A DNA stretch of 64,000 nucleotides from a bacterium (GTDB lineage Bacteria; Patescibacteriota; Minisyncoccia; Phycocordibacterales; UBA9973): positions 1,622 to 65,621 of the forward strand of contig JAIXRY010000015.1 in the NCBI GenBank assembly GCA_027484965.1, written 5' to 3'. The notes below the pieces were generated by a model. The model did not search any database, had not been told where the DNA came from, and was given only the letters and a program-made list of their open reading frames with translations. The position numbers and the translations under genes are program-made. Shown here piece by piece: positions 48,747 through 58,177 of this stretch (position 1 is its first letter; each line of letters opens with the position of its first letter).

Positions 48747-50384
48747 ATGAATAACGATTACTCAAAAATTAAATACTTTATTTACGCTCGAAAATCTCAA
48801 GAGGGAGAGGAGAAGCAAGTTCAGTCTATTCCTGATCAATTACGAGAAGATGATATTGTCGCTAAACGATACAATATCAAGCCTGTAGGGATTTTAACTG
48901 AAGAAGGATCTGCAAAAGAACCAAACAAGAGACCTGTATTTGAAGAAATGCTTGCCCGTATAAAAAATGGTGAAGCAAATGGAATTATCTGTTGGAACTT
49001 AAACCGTTTATCAAGAAATCCAGTAGATAGCGGAAAACTTCAATGGATGCTCCAAGAGGGTTTAATTCAATCAATTTTAACACCATCCAGAGAATACAAA
49101 CCGAGTGACAATGCAATTATTTTTAGTGTGGAAAGTGGTGGAGCAAATCAATATATTCTAGATTTGAAAGTGGGAGTACGGAGAGGATTAAACAGTAAAA
49201 TCATTAAGGGGCAAGCGCCAATACTTGCACCGCTTGGATATTTGAATACTAAGCACGAACTTCGCGGAGAAAATTACATAATAAAAGATCCTGAACGATA
49301 TGAACTTGTTAAGAAAGCTTGGGAGTTGATGCTTACTGGGGAATACTCTATTCCTAAGCTTTTAAAGATAGTAAATAATGACTGGGGGTTGAGAACACGA
49401 AAAAGAAAACATCGTGGCGGTGGAGAGGTTAATAAAAGTACTATGTATGGTGTTTTTACTAATATCTTTTATACAGGACTTTATTTATATAAAGGAAAAA
49501 TAGAAAATGGTATACACGAACCAATGATTACTATTGAGGATTTTGATAAAATGCAACAGATTCTTGGGAGGTATGGAAAACCAAGAGTTAAAAGTCATAT
49601 TTTTACCTACACAGGTACTATGATATGTGGGGAGTGTAATAGTGCAATCACTGCGACTACAAAGACCAAGTTAGTAAAAACTAAAAATGAATTGAAGGAT
49701 TATACTTTCTACTATTGTTCTCGTCGCAAGAAAGGTGCAGAAAAATGTACCCAGAGGGAATATATACCACTTAAGGAGATGGAGGATATCATAAAAGAAG
49801 AATTAGAAAAATATACGATTTCAGAAAAGTTTAGAGATTGGGCTTTGAAGATTTTGGAAGAGGAGCACACAGGTGAAGTGTTGGAACGTGAAGCTATCTA
49901 TAAGTCACAATTGAACGCATTAGACGTATCTCAAAAGGAGCTTGATAATCTAATAACTATGAGAATGCGAGAACTAATAGATGATGATCAATATACTTCA
50001 CGAAAAAAGGAGCTAAGTCAGACAATTGCTGTAATGAAGCAGAAAGTATCTGAAACTCAAAGTAGGGCACAAAATTGGGTCCAATATACTGAACAGGTGT
50101 TTGAGTTTGCACATATGGCTAAAGCAAGATTTGAAGACCCAAAAACTACCGTAGATGACAAGAAAGGTATCTTTATGGCTCTTGGTTGGAACTACATCAT
50201 AAAAGACAAAAAACTTTATATTTCTCAATGTGATTTACTAGAACCGATAGTAAAAAATCGTGACGCTGTAGAAAGTGAAATAAGTCGGTTGGAACTGGAA
50301 GAAAACATTGGTACAGAAAGACAAAACACCCCTTTCGGAGTGGCTTGTCCATTACTGCGCAGTCGGCGGGACTCGAACCCGTAA
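48747..50384 (+). CDS. Large serine recombinase
   Basis: YARKS catalytic Ser, RLSRN, PLGY, N.FY.G, HEPMI, zinc ribbon CGEC..YYC..C, coiled coil. Confidence 0.96.
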   Translation: MNNDYSKIKYFIYARKSQEGEEKQVQSIPDQLREDDIVAKRYNIKPVGILTEEGSAKEPNKRPVFEEMLARIKNGEANGIICWNLNRLSRNPVDSGKLQWMLQEGLIQSILTPSREYKPSDNAIIFSVESGGANQYILDLKVGVRRGLNSKIIKGQAPILAPLGYLNTKHELRGENYIIKDPERYELVKKAWELMLTGEYSIPKLLKIVNNDWGLRTRKRKHRGGGEVNKSTMYGVFTNIFYTGLYLYKGKIENGIHEPMITIEDFDKMQQILGRYGKPRVKSHIFTYTGTMICGECNSAITATTKTKLVKTKNELKDYTFYYCSRRKKGAEKCTQREYIPLKEMEDIIKEELEKYTISEKFRDWALKILEEEHTGEVLEREAIYKSQLNALDVSQKELDNLITMRMRELIDDDQYTSRKKELSQTIAVMKQKVSETQSRAQNWVQYTEQVFEFAHMAKARFEDPKTTVDDKKGIFMALGWNYIIKDKKLYISQCDLLEPIVKNRDAVESEISRLELEENIGTERQNTPFGVACPLLRSRRDSNP

Positions 50385-50431
50385 CCTCCCGCGTGACAGG
50401 CGGGTGCTCTAACCAGTTGAGCTACGACTGC
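50358..50431 (-). tRNA. tRNA-Asp (GUC)
   Basis: Acceptor gcagtcg/cgactgc-G; cccgc-ctGTCac-gcggg. Confidence 0.96.
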
Positions 50432-50483
50432 ATATTTGTTTTTAGACTAAACAATCTTTTTAAAAGGGAAGATGTAACCCATG

Positions 50484-50557
50484 TGTCGATGGGAGGGAAC
50501 GATCCTCCGACCTTAGCTTTATGAGTGCTACGCTCTAACCAACTGAGCTACATCGAC
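50484..50557 (-). tRNA. tRNA-Met (CAU), probably elongator
   Basis: Acceptor gtcgatg/catcgac-A; loop ctCATaa; atypical T loop atcgttc. Confidence 0.9.
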
Positions 50558-50652
50558 ATGTGTTTTATATGACATTATATGAAGTATAGCAAAAAACATA
50601 TAGTGTATTTTATTCAAAAAATGACTGATGAAACCTGTCACGTTTCGAATTG

Positions 50653-50723
50653 TTGCGGGGCCCGGAATCGAACCGGGGTCCCAAGGTTATGAGCCTTGTG
50701 AGATGCCTCTTCTCTACCCCGCG
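50653..50723 (-). tRNA. Initiator tRNA-fMet (CAU)
   Basis: C1:A72 mismatch; 5' cgcgggg; caagg-ctCATaa-ccttg. Confidence 0.92.
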
Positions 50724-50786
50724 GTAAAGTGTTCTAACATCATAACATTTTATTATAGAATATTCAAGCTTTTATTGTTCTCTATG

Positions 50787-50858
50787 AGCCATCAGTGAGA
50801 ATCGGACTCACGCTCTCTCCCTTACCAAGGGAGTGCTTTGCCACTAAGCTATGATGGC
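50787..50858 (-). tRNA. tRNA-Thr (GGU)
   Basis: Acceptor gccatca/tgatggc-U; ctccc-ttGGTaa-gggag. Confidence 0.93.
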
Positions 50859-50963
50859 TTATTTGTTTTTATAATAATAGCTTATTTCTTGTGCGTTTCA
50901 AAATAGATTGTTGACTTTTTTATTTTTAAATGTATTATAAGATAAAAAGAAAGGAAACAAAAT

Positions 50964-51482
50964 ATGTCAGGAAAAATAAAAGATTTGCCATACGGTAGCC
51001 AGATAAGAACTTTCATGTCTGAAATTTTTAAAATTGCAAAAACGTCCCCAATAAAGATACCATATATCCTAGAAGAACTTCGAAATAAATTGGTAGAATT
51101 AGACAAAAAAGATGTTGGCCCAAGCATTTTACTCTCTAAAGGTGAGTATGTACTTGTGATAGGTACTCTAAATATTAGAAAAGAAGAAATTTCATCTATT
51201 TGTAAAGAATTTGCTATTAAAGATGTGAGATTTTTTGATGACTATGATAAAATGTCTGGAATAGAAGATGTAATCTCAAGTTCGAGGTGCGTTGCTGTTA
51301 TTTGTGGTCCTGTGCCACACTCTTTACCAAATGAGGTCATTTCAAAATATGATGAGAAGATTTTTAAAGCCAGAGTAAGCGGTAAACTGAAAATTACTCG
51401 CGGCAGTTTTTTAGAGACTATTGAGAAAATGATGCTTGATAGAACGAAGAAACATTTAGAATACGAACAGTCACGAAGTTAA
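50964..51482 (+). CDS. Hypothetical protein
   Basis: 172-aa ORF; upstream ttgact-17 bp-tattat promoter; VICGPVPHS. Confidence 0.7.
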   Translation: MSGKIKDLPYGSQIRTFMSEIFKIAKTSPIKIPYILEELRNKLVELDKKDVGPSILLSKGEYVLVIGTLNIRKEEISSICKEFAIKDVRFFDDYDKMSGIEDVISSSRCVAVICGPVPHSLPNEVISKYDEKIFKARVSGKLKITRGSFLETIEKMMLDRTKKHLEYEQSRS

Positions 51483-51574
51483 GCTTCGTGATTTTATATT
51501 GAATAATAGGTAGTTTAATAAAATTAAATATAGGTTTATAATTTTTTTTATAAATGTTATTCTTCTTAAATAAT

Positions 51575-52459
51575 ATGGACAAAGAACAAATAGAAAATCG
51601 TATAAAAGAAATAGAATTTGCTATGGAGCAAGTTGATTTTTGGAATGACAAAAATTCTGCTCAATCAATGATTCGAGAACTTCAAGATTTAAAAGAAAAA
51701 AAAGAAGGTGTTTCAAAGTATGACAAAGGGAATAGTGTCCTTACTATTATTGCAGGCGCAGGAGGTGACGACGCAGAAGACTTTGCTTTTATACTTGTGC
51801 GAATGTATGAAAAGTTTTGTGAAGGACACAACTTTCAAATGTTTCTAAAACATAAAAATGAGAATGATCATGGAGGGTATCGTAATATTACATTTTCTAT
51901 TATTGGTAAAAATTCATATGGATTTTTGAAACATGAATCCGGTGTTCATCGACTTGTAAGACTTTCTCCTTTTAATGCTGATCAAAAAAGACATACATCT
52001 TTTGCTCTTGTAGAAGTTATTCCAGAAATTGCCGAAATTGAAAGTATTACAATAAATCCTTCTGATTTAAAAGTAGAACTTTCAAAATCAAGTGGTCCCG
52101 GAGGACAGAATGTAAACAAAAGAGAGACTGCTGTGCGTGTCGTGCATATTCCTACAGGCCTCGCTTCAGGGTCTGACGGAGAACGAACTCAAGAAGCAAA
52201 CAAGGAGCAAGCAATGAAACTTCTAATAGGTAAACTTATTAAAAAAGCTGAAGATGAAAAAAAATCTTTAGAAGAAAGTATGCAGATTTCTAAAACTACA
52301 GATATTGAATGGGGGAATCAAATAAGGTCATATGTACTACATCCATACAAGATGGTAAAAGATCACAGAACAGGCGTAGAAACATCACAAGTCGACAAAG
52401 TCTTGGAAGAAGGTGCTATAGAAGATTTTATTGAGGCTGTTAAAAATCAAACTATATAA
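51575..52459 (+). CDS. prfB: Peptide chain release factor 2 (shortened N-domain)
   Basis: SPF specificity motif (LSPFNA), GPGGQNVNK, WGNQIRSY. Confidence 0.95.
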   Translation: MDKEQIENRIKEIEFAMEQVDFWNDKNSAQSMIRELQDLKEKKEGVSKYDKGNSVLTIIAGAGGDDAEDFAFILVRMYEKFCEGHNFQMFLKHKNENDHGGYRNITFSIIGKNSYGFLKHESGVHRLVRLSPFNADQKRHTSFALVEVIPEIAEIESITINPSDLKVELSKSSGPGGQNVNKRETAVRVVHIPTGLASGSDGERTQEANKEQAMKLLIGKLIKKAEDEKKSLEESMQISKTTDIEWGNQIRSYVLHPYKMVKDHRTGVETSQVDKVLEEGAIEDFIEAVKNQTI

Positions 52460-52560
52460 TAACAAAAAAACACTTTTCTCGACAAAGTGTTTTTTTGTTA
52501 TTTAAATTGAATTCCACTATTAATTGTATTGAAGTCTTTTTGGAGAGGGTGGTATAATAA

Positions 52561-53247
52561 ATGGTAATGATTCAATTCGAAAATGTTTCCAAATTATATA
52601 AACAAGACGATACACTGTCTCTTGATAATATCACCTTGAAAATCAATCAAGGTGAATTTGTGTCGGTTGTTGGGCACTCAGGTGCAGGTAAGACAACTCT
52701 CACAAAGTTAATTATGAAAGAAGAATCTCCTACAACAGGGAGTATTTTTGTGGATGGTGTTGATATAGAAAAGCTTAAGAGTTCAGACCTTACACAATAT
52801 CGCCGTCGTATAGGTGTTGTGTTTCAAGATTTCCGTTTACTTCAAAACAAGACTGCATATGAAAATATTGCATTCGCTATGGAGGCTGTAGGAAAATCTG
52901 ATGAAGAAATACAAACAGATGTTCCTCATGTACTTGAGCTTGTAGATCTGTCAAATAGAATGATGCATTTTCCTTATCAAATGTCGGGAGGAGAGAAACA
53001 ACGTCTTGCTATTGCTCGTGCAATTATCAATCAGCCAGAAGTTATTATTGCAGATGAGCCTACAGGAAATCTTGACCCAATGAACACTCAAGAAGTTGTT
53101 AATATTTTGAAAAAAATTAATGACTTAGGTACAACAATCCTTCTCACAACTCACAATAAAGAAGTTATACATTCTTTAGGAAAGAGGGTTATAACTTTTG
53201 AGAAGGGTCGTATTATTAGTGATGAGAATAACAGTAAGAAAATATAA
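52561..53247 (+). CDS. ftsE: Cell division ATP-binding protein FtsE
   Basis: GHSGAGKT, VFQDFRLL, SGGEKQR, ADEPTGNLD; upstream of ftsX. Confidence 0.93.
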   Translation: MVMIQFENVSKLYKQDDTLSLDNITLKINQGEFVSVVGHSGAGKTTLTKLIMKEESPTTGSIFVDGVDIEKLKSSDLTQYRRRIGVVFQDFRLLQNKTAYENIAFAMEAVGKSDEEIQTDVPHVLELVDLSNRMMHFPYQMSGGEKQRLAIARAIINQPEVIIADEPTGNLDPMNTQEVVNILKKINDLGTTILLTTHNKEVIHSLGKRVITFEKGRIISDENNSKKI

Positions 53248-53249
53248 AT

Positions 53250-54173
53250 ATGTTTTGGATAAGCTTTAAAAGAATTATTCGTTCGGGTATCATTAATTTT
53301 CGTAGAGCGGGGACTGTGTCTTTGTCTTCTGTTCTTGTTGTTACTGTAATGCTTTCTGTTGTTGGAATTATTATATTCCTTCAAGCAACACTACAAACAG
53401 CTCTTCAGTCTATTCGCGACAGAGTTGATGTTACTGTATCATTTGTGACAAGTGCTCCAGAAGAAAAAATCTTGTTATTAAAAAATGATCTAGAACAACT
53501 TCCTGAAGTAAGAGAAGTCGCATACAAGGAACGTGAAGCGGTTCTTGCTGATTTCCGTGACCGTCATCAAGATGATTACACATCTCTTCGTGCTCTCGAT
53601 GAACTATCTCAGAATCCTTTTGGAGCAATGCTTACTATCCGTGCAACAGACCCTTCTCAATACGAAACAATTGCTAATTTCTTGGAAGAAGAAAATCCTA
53701 GTATGAAAAAATATTCAGGATTAGTAGAAAGAATAAATTATTCCCAAAACAAAGAAGTTATAGAAAGACTAAATGGAATGATTTCTGGAGCAGAAAGACT
53801 TGGTCTTATTGTAACTTTAATTTTAGCGTTTATCTCGGCTTTAATTACTTATAATACTATTCGTCTTGCTATATATATATCAAAAGAAGAAATAGGTATT
53901 ATGAAGCTTGTAGGTGCCGAAAATAAATACATCAGAGGTCCTTTCTTGATAGAAGGAGTTCTTTATGGAGTTATTGGTGCTATTACTACTCTTATAATTT
54001 TTATTCCAGTAACTTTGTGGGCAAAGCATAACTTACTGCAATTTCTTGGTATAGACCTCTTCTCGTATTATGGATCAAATTTCTTGCAAATAGCCTTTAT
54101 ACTGCTTGTTGTAGGAGTGTTTGTTTCAGTTCTATCAAGTTTTGTGGCTACTAGAAAGTATTTAAAAATATAA
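53250..54173 (+). CDS. ftsX: Cell division permease FtsX
   Basis: NTIRLAI..EEIGIMKLVGA..YIRGPFLIEG. Confidence 0.95.
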   Translation: MFWISFKRIIRSGIINFRRAGTVSLSSVLVVTVMLSVVGIIIFLQATLQTALQSIRDRVDVTVSFVTSAPEEKILLLKNDLEQLPEVREVAYKEREAVLADFRDRHQDDYTSLRALDELSQNPFGAMLTIRATDPSQYETIANFLEEENPSMKKYSGLVERINYSQNKEVIERLNGMISGAERLGLIVTLILAFISALITYNTIRLAIYISKEEIGIMKLVGAENKYIRGPFLIEGVLYGVIGAITTLIIFIPVTLWAKHNLLQFLGIDLFSYYGSNFLQIAFILLVVGVFVSVLSSFVATRKYLKI

Positions 54174-54204
54174 AATTAAAAATATAATTTACTGACAAGA
54201 TTTT

Positions 54205-55866
54205 ATGAAAAAAGATAATAAACCCCTTAATAAATATATATTCGTTGTAGGAGGGGTGATGTCGTCAGTAGGTAAAGGCATAGCAGCAGCTTCTGTTGGT
54301 AAAATTCTTCAAGCGAAAGGTTATCGTGTTACAGCTCTCAAAATTGATCCATATATTAATGTGGATGCAGGCACTATGAATCCTACAGAACATGGAGAAG
54401 TTTTCGTGACCAAGGATGGTGATGAGACAGACCAAGATATAGGTAACTATGAACGATTCCTTGATATTGATATTACAAAGATAAATTATATGACTACAGG
54501 TCGTGTATATCTTTCTGTTATTGAAAAAGAGCGTTCAATGTATTACAAAGGTAAGTGTGTAGAAGTTGTTCCTCATGTTCCTTTTGAAATTATTGATAGA
54601 ATAAATACTGCTGCAAAAAATGCTCAAGCAGATTTTACTATTGTAGAGATTGGTGGAACAGTAGGTGAATATCAAAGTATGCTTTTCTTAGAAGCTGTAA
54701 GAATGCTCAAAACAAAGAATCCAAAAGATGTAATTACTATGATGGTGTCGTATCTCCCAATACCTTCTAAAGTTGGAGAAATGAAAACAAAGCCAACACA
54801 GTATGCTGTGCGCACACTTAACTCTGCGGGAATATTTCCAAACTTCTTACTCTGTCGTGCTGAGAGATCTCTTGACGAAGTTCGTAAAGAAAAATTAGCT
54901 TTATCTTGCAATATTTCTGTAGAGAATATTATTTCAGCTCCAGATGTTGATAGTATTTATGATATTCCTCTAAATTTTGAAAAAGAAGGTCTCTCTTCTG
55001 CTATACTCAAAGAACTGGGAGTTAAAGAAAAGAAGCAAAATAAGGACGGTCTTCTTGAATGGAAAAATTTTGTAAAGAAAACAAAATCAAATACTAAACA
55101 AGTTAAAATTGCTATTATCGGAAAATATTTTGAAACAGGAGACTTTGTTCTTGCTGATTCATATTTATCTGTTATTGAAGCTTTGAAATATTCAGCGTAT
55201 GCAACAGGGAGACATCCTGTGCTTACTTGGATGAATGCTCTTGATTTTGAATCTAATCCTAAAAAATTAGAAGATCTAAAGAAATACGACGGAGTTCTTA
55301 TTCCAGGAGGATTTGGTTCTCGTGGAATAGAAGGAAAGCTTAATGTTATAGAATATGTCCGCAAAAACAAAATTCCTTATTTTGGAATTTGTTATGGTAT
55401 GCAATTAATGGTCATAGAATATGCAAGAAATATTTTGAAACTCGAAGGTGCAAACACTCGCGAGATTGATCCAAAATCAAAACATCTTGTTGTTGATGTG
55501 ATGGAATCTCAAAAAGAAAACATTGAAAAAGGAAAGTATGGCGGAAGTATGAGACTTGGCGCTTATGATGCAAAACTTAAAAAGGGAAGTATTGCATACA
55601 CTGCGTACGGACAAGAAAATATTAGTGAACGTCACCGTCACCGCTATGAAGTCAATAATGAATATGTAGAAAGGCTTGAAAATGCTGGACTCATATTCTC
55701 TGGTAAATCTCCAAGTGGTGATCTCTGTGAGATAGCCGAGCTTCCAAAAAAAGAACATCCATTTTTTCTAGGCGCTCAATTTCATCCAGAATTTCTTGCT
55801 CGTCCACTTCGCCCGCATCCATTGTTTACATCATTTATACAAGCTTCAATTAAAAATCAGAAATAA
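54205..55866 (+). CDS. pyrG: CTP synthase
   Basis: GGVMSSVGKG, KIDPYINVDAGTM, GICYGMQ, ERHRHRYE, QFHPE. Confidence 0.99.
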   Translation: MKKDNKPLNKYIFVVGGVMSSVGKGIAAASVGKILQAKGYRVTALKIDPYINVDAGTMNPTEHGEVFVTKDGDETDQDIGNYERFLDIDITKINYMTTGRVYLSVIEKERSMYYKGKCVEVVPHVPFEIIDRINTAAKNAQADFTIVEIGGTVGEYQSMLFLEAVRMLKTKNPKDVITMMVSYLPIPSKVGEMKTKPTQYAVRTLNSAGIFPNFLLCRAERSLDEVRKEKLALSCNISVENIISAPDVDSIYDIPLNFEKEGLSSAILKELGVKEKKQNKDGLLEWKNFVKKTKSNTKQVKIAIIGKYFETGDFVLADSYLSVIEALKYSAYATGRHPVLTWMNALDFESNPKKLEDLKKYDGVLIPGGFGSRGIEGKLNVIEYVRKNKIPYFGICYGMQLMVIEYARNILKLEGANTREIDPKSKHLVVDVMESQKENIEKGKYGGSMRLGAYDAKLKKGSIAYTAYGQENISERHRHRYEVNNEYVERLENAGLIFSGKSPSGDLCEIAELPKKEHPFFLGAQFHPEFLARPLRPHPLFTSFIQASIKNQK

Positions 55867-55870
55867 ACTA

Positions 55871-55907
55871 AAACAAAAGAGCGACCCTTCGGGTCGCTCT
55901 TTTGTTT
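55871..55907. terminator. Bidirectional terminator between pyrG and tRNA-Gln
   Basis: aaacaaaagagcgaccc-ttc-gggtcgctcttttgttt. Confidence 0.85.
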
Positions 55908-55911
55908 CTTG

Positions 55912-55982
55912 TTGCTAGACTAGGACTCGAACCTAGATAGGCGGTACCAGAAACCGCAGTCCTACCATTAGACGATCTAGCA
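55912..55982 (-). tRNA. tRNA-Gln (CUG)
   Basis: Acceptor tgctaga/tctagca-A; gcggt-ttCTGgt-accgc. Confidence 0.94.
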
Positions 55983-56022
55983 ATATTTTTATATAATACA
56001 TCATATTTTAAAATAAATATAT

Positions 56023-56295
56023 ATGTCTATAATTACTAAAAAAATCGATACAGAATAGTTTGAAATGATCTCATCAGGCAAAAAGAAGTTTGAATTACGT
56101 CTTGCTGATTTTGATATTGAAGAAGGCGACACTCTAAGGCTTGAGGAATGGGTAGGAGAAAAAGAAAATAGAAAGCCAACAGGTAGAATTATAGATAAGG
56201 TTGTTACTTATGTACAAAAGCCAAATTTACAAGAATGGATAGAACAACAGCCAGAATTGTTAGAGAAATCATTTTTTGTTATACAATTTGATTAA
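56023..56295 (+). pseudogene. DUF3850/ASCH-like gene with an in-frame TAG
   Basis: MSIITKKIDTE*FEMISSGKKKFELR..GDTL.LEEW..TGR; TAG at 56056-56058. Confidence 0.65.
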
Positions 56296-56300
56296 TATAA

Positions 56301-57413
56301 ATGTCTAAAATAATTACAAAAAATAATTTAATTACAGCCACTTTTATTTTGTGTTTTGTATTTTTATTTTGTAATTCAACAAAAGTTTTTGCAAGTTATG
56401 TAGAAAATCCTCCCATTAAAAAGATAACACTTTTTGCTGTGGGGGATATTATGATGCATAAGTCACAAATTCTTGCTGGTTATAATAAAGAAACAGATTC
56501 TTTTGACTTTTCTTCATTTTTCAAAAATATCAATCCATATCTAAAAGATGGTGATATTGTATATGCAAATCTTGAAACTCCAATAGCCGGTCAAAAATTT
56601 AAATATACTGGATATCCAACATTCAATGCCCCAGAAGAATTGCTTGGAGAAATAAAAAATAATTTTTTTACTCATCTATCTTTAGCCAATAATCATTCGC
56701 TTGATCGTGGATCTGTAGGACTTTCAAATACAATTAAAAATGTAGAAAAATATGGCTTTGTAGGGTTGGGTGCTCGTAATGATTCCACTAAACCAAATTA
56801 TGAAATCACAGAGAAGAATGGTATGCGTATAGGGTTCCTGTCTTATACTTATGGAACAAATTCTATTGTTCTTCCAAAAAGTAAGAAGTATATGCTTTCT
56901 TATATAGATAAGAACCAAATCAAAAAAGATATAGAAGAATTAAAAAAACAAAATATAGACGTCGTTGTTGTAGCTCTACACTTTGGAGATGAATATAAGT
57001 TACAAGAAAATAGTTTTCAAAAAGATATAGCCCAATATGTGTGCGATAGTGGTGCAAATATTATTTTAGGTTCTCATCCACACGTACTTGAACCTATTGT
57101 ATTTTTGAATGATAAAACATGTTTAGTTGCGTATTCTTTAGGTAACTTTATTTCTGGGATGAGCAAAGCTTATACAGACCTTGGTGGAATTTTAAAAATT
57201 GAAATTTCAAAAGAAAATGAAACACTTTCTTTGAAGCCAGAATTTATGGGCACATGGGTGAAAAGAGGTTTTGATAAAAATGGATTAAGATACTATACAG
57301 TTCTTCCTTTGGATATCGATAAAATTCCAAATGAAATTGAATTAACAAAAACAGAAAAAATTCGTCTTGAAAAATATAGAAATTTTATTAATACTAAAAT
57401 AAAAAAATATTAA
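56301..57413 (+). CDS. CapA-family (PGA_cap) metallophosphoesterase
   Basis: VGDIMMH, ANLETP, LANNHSLD, LHFG.E, GSHPHV, YSLGNF. Confidence 0.93.
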   Translation: MSKIITKNNLITATFILCFVFLFCNSTKVFASYVENPPIKKITLFAVGDIMMHKSQILAGYNKETDSFDFSSFFKNINPYLKDGDIVYANLETPIAGQKFKYTGYPTFNAPEELLGEIKNNFFTHLSLANNHSLDRGSVGLSNTIKNVEKYGFVGLGARNDSTKPNYEITEKNGMRIGFLSYTYGTNSIVLPKSKKYMLSYIDKNQIKKDIEELKKQNIDVVVVALHFGDEYKLQENSFQKDIAQYVCDSGANIILGSHPHVLEPIVFLNDKTCLVAYSLGNFISGMSKAYTDLGGILKIEISKENETLSLKPEFMGTWVKRGFDKNGLRYYTVLPLDIDKIPNEIELTKTEKIRLEKYRNFINTKIKKY

Positions 57414-57414
57414 T

Positions 57415-57657
57415 ATGTTTTTTGCCTATATTTTGGAATGTAAAGACAAGACTCTTTATGTGGGTTCTACAAATAATTTAGAAAAAAGACTACACGAGCA
57501 CAATAATTCTAAAAATGGTGCGCACTATACGAAGATTCGTCGACCTGTAGTATTGAAATATTTTGAAACATTAGATACTTTTAGTGAAGCGAGAAAAAGG
57601 GAGGTCGAACTGAAGAAATTAAGTAGAGCAGAGAAATTAAAATTAATTTCTCTATAA
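57415..57657 (+). CDS. Small GIY-YIG nuclease (UPF0213-like)
   Basis: AYILEC..LYVGST..RL.EHN..YT..RP..A..RE..LK. Confidence 0.92.
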   Translation: MFFAYILECKDKTLYVGSTNNLEKRLHEHNNSKNGAHYTKIRRPVVLKYFETLDTFSEARKREVELKKLSRAEKLKLISL

Positions 57658-57663
57658 ATTATT

Positions 57664-58164
57664 ATGAAAAATATTTTAGAAAATAAAACACAATTTTTTG
57701 TTTCATTATTTACATCTTCTTATTTTTTATACTATCTATATACATATAAAGAATGGCACTTTCTTGATAATGTAAATTTAATCATTCATGAAGCAGGACA
57801 TGTGATATTTATGTTTTTTGGTGAATTCTTTCATATCCTTGGAGGCTCTCTTTTTCAAATGCTTTTTCCAAGTTTATTTGTTTTATATTTTTATCGGAAG
57901 CAAAATTATTTTTCGGCGTCATTGCTATTGTTTTGGGTAGGGCAGAATATTGTTAATGTTTCTGTATATGCTTCAGATGCTTTGAATATGGAATTACCTT
58001 TACTTGGTGGAGACTTAAGTGGGCATGACTGGAACAATTTATTACAGATGACAAATACACTTGAATATACAAATACTATTGGAACAAGTATTTTTTACTT
58101 AGGTGTTATCACTATCTTCTGTGCTGTTTATTTTTCATTCAAAACTCATAAAAAATCCCTCTAA
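57664..58164 (+). CDS. Membrane protein with HExxH (M50-like)
   Basis: IIHEAGH, LGGSLFQ, Y.SDA, HDW. Confidence 0.7.
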   Translation: MKNILENKTQFFVSLFTSSYFLYYLYTYKEWHFLDNVNLIIHEAGHVIFMFFGEFFHILGGSLFQMLFPSLFVLYFYRKQNYFSASLLLFWVGQNIVNVSVYASDALNMELPLLGGDLSGHDWNNLLQMTNTLEYTNTIGTSIFYLGVITIFCAVYFSFKTHKKSL

Positions 58165-58177
58165 TTAGAGGGATTTT

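Larger units (their letters stand above)
40004..50360. mobile_element. Integrative element (~10.35 kb) in the tRNA-Asp 3' end
   Basis: tgcgc core at 40004-40008 and 50356-50360; serine recombinase overlapping the tRNA; Rep-like, R-M and TA cargo. Confidence 0.85.
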
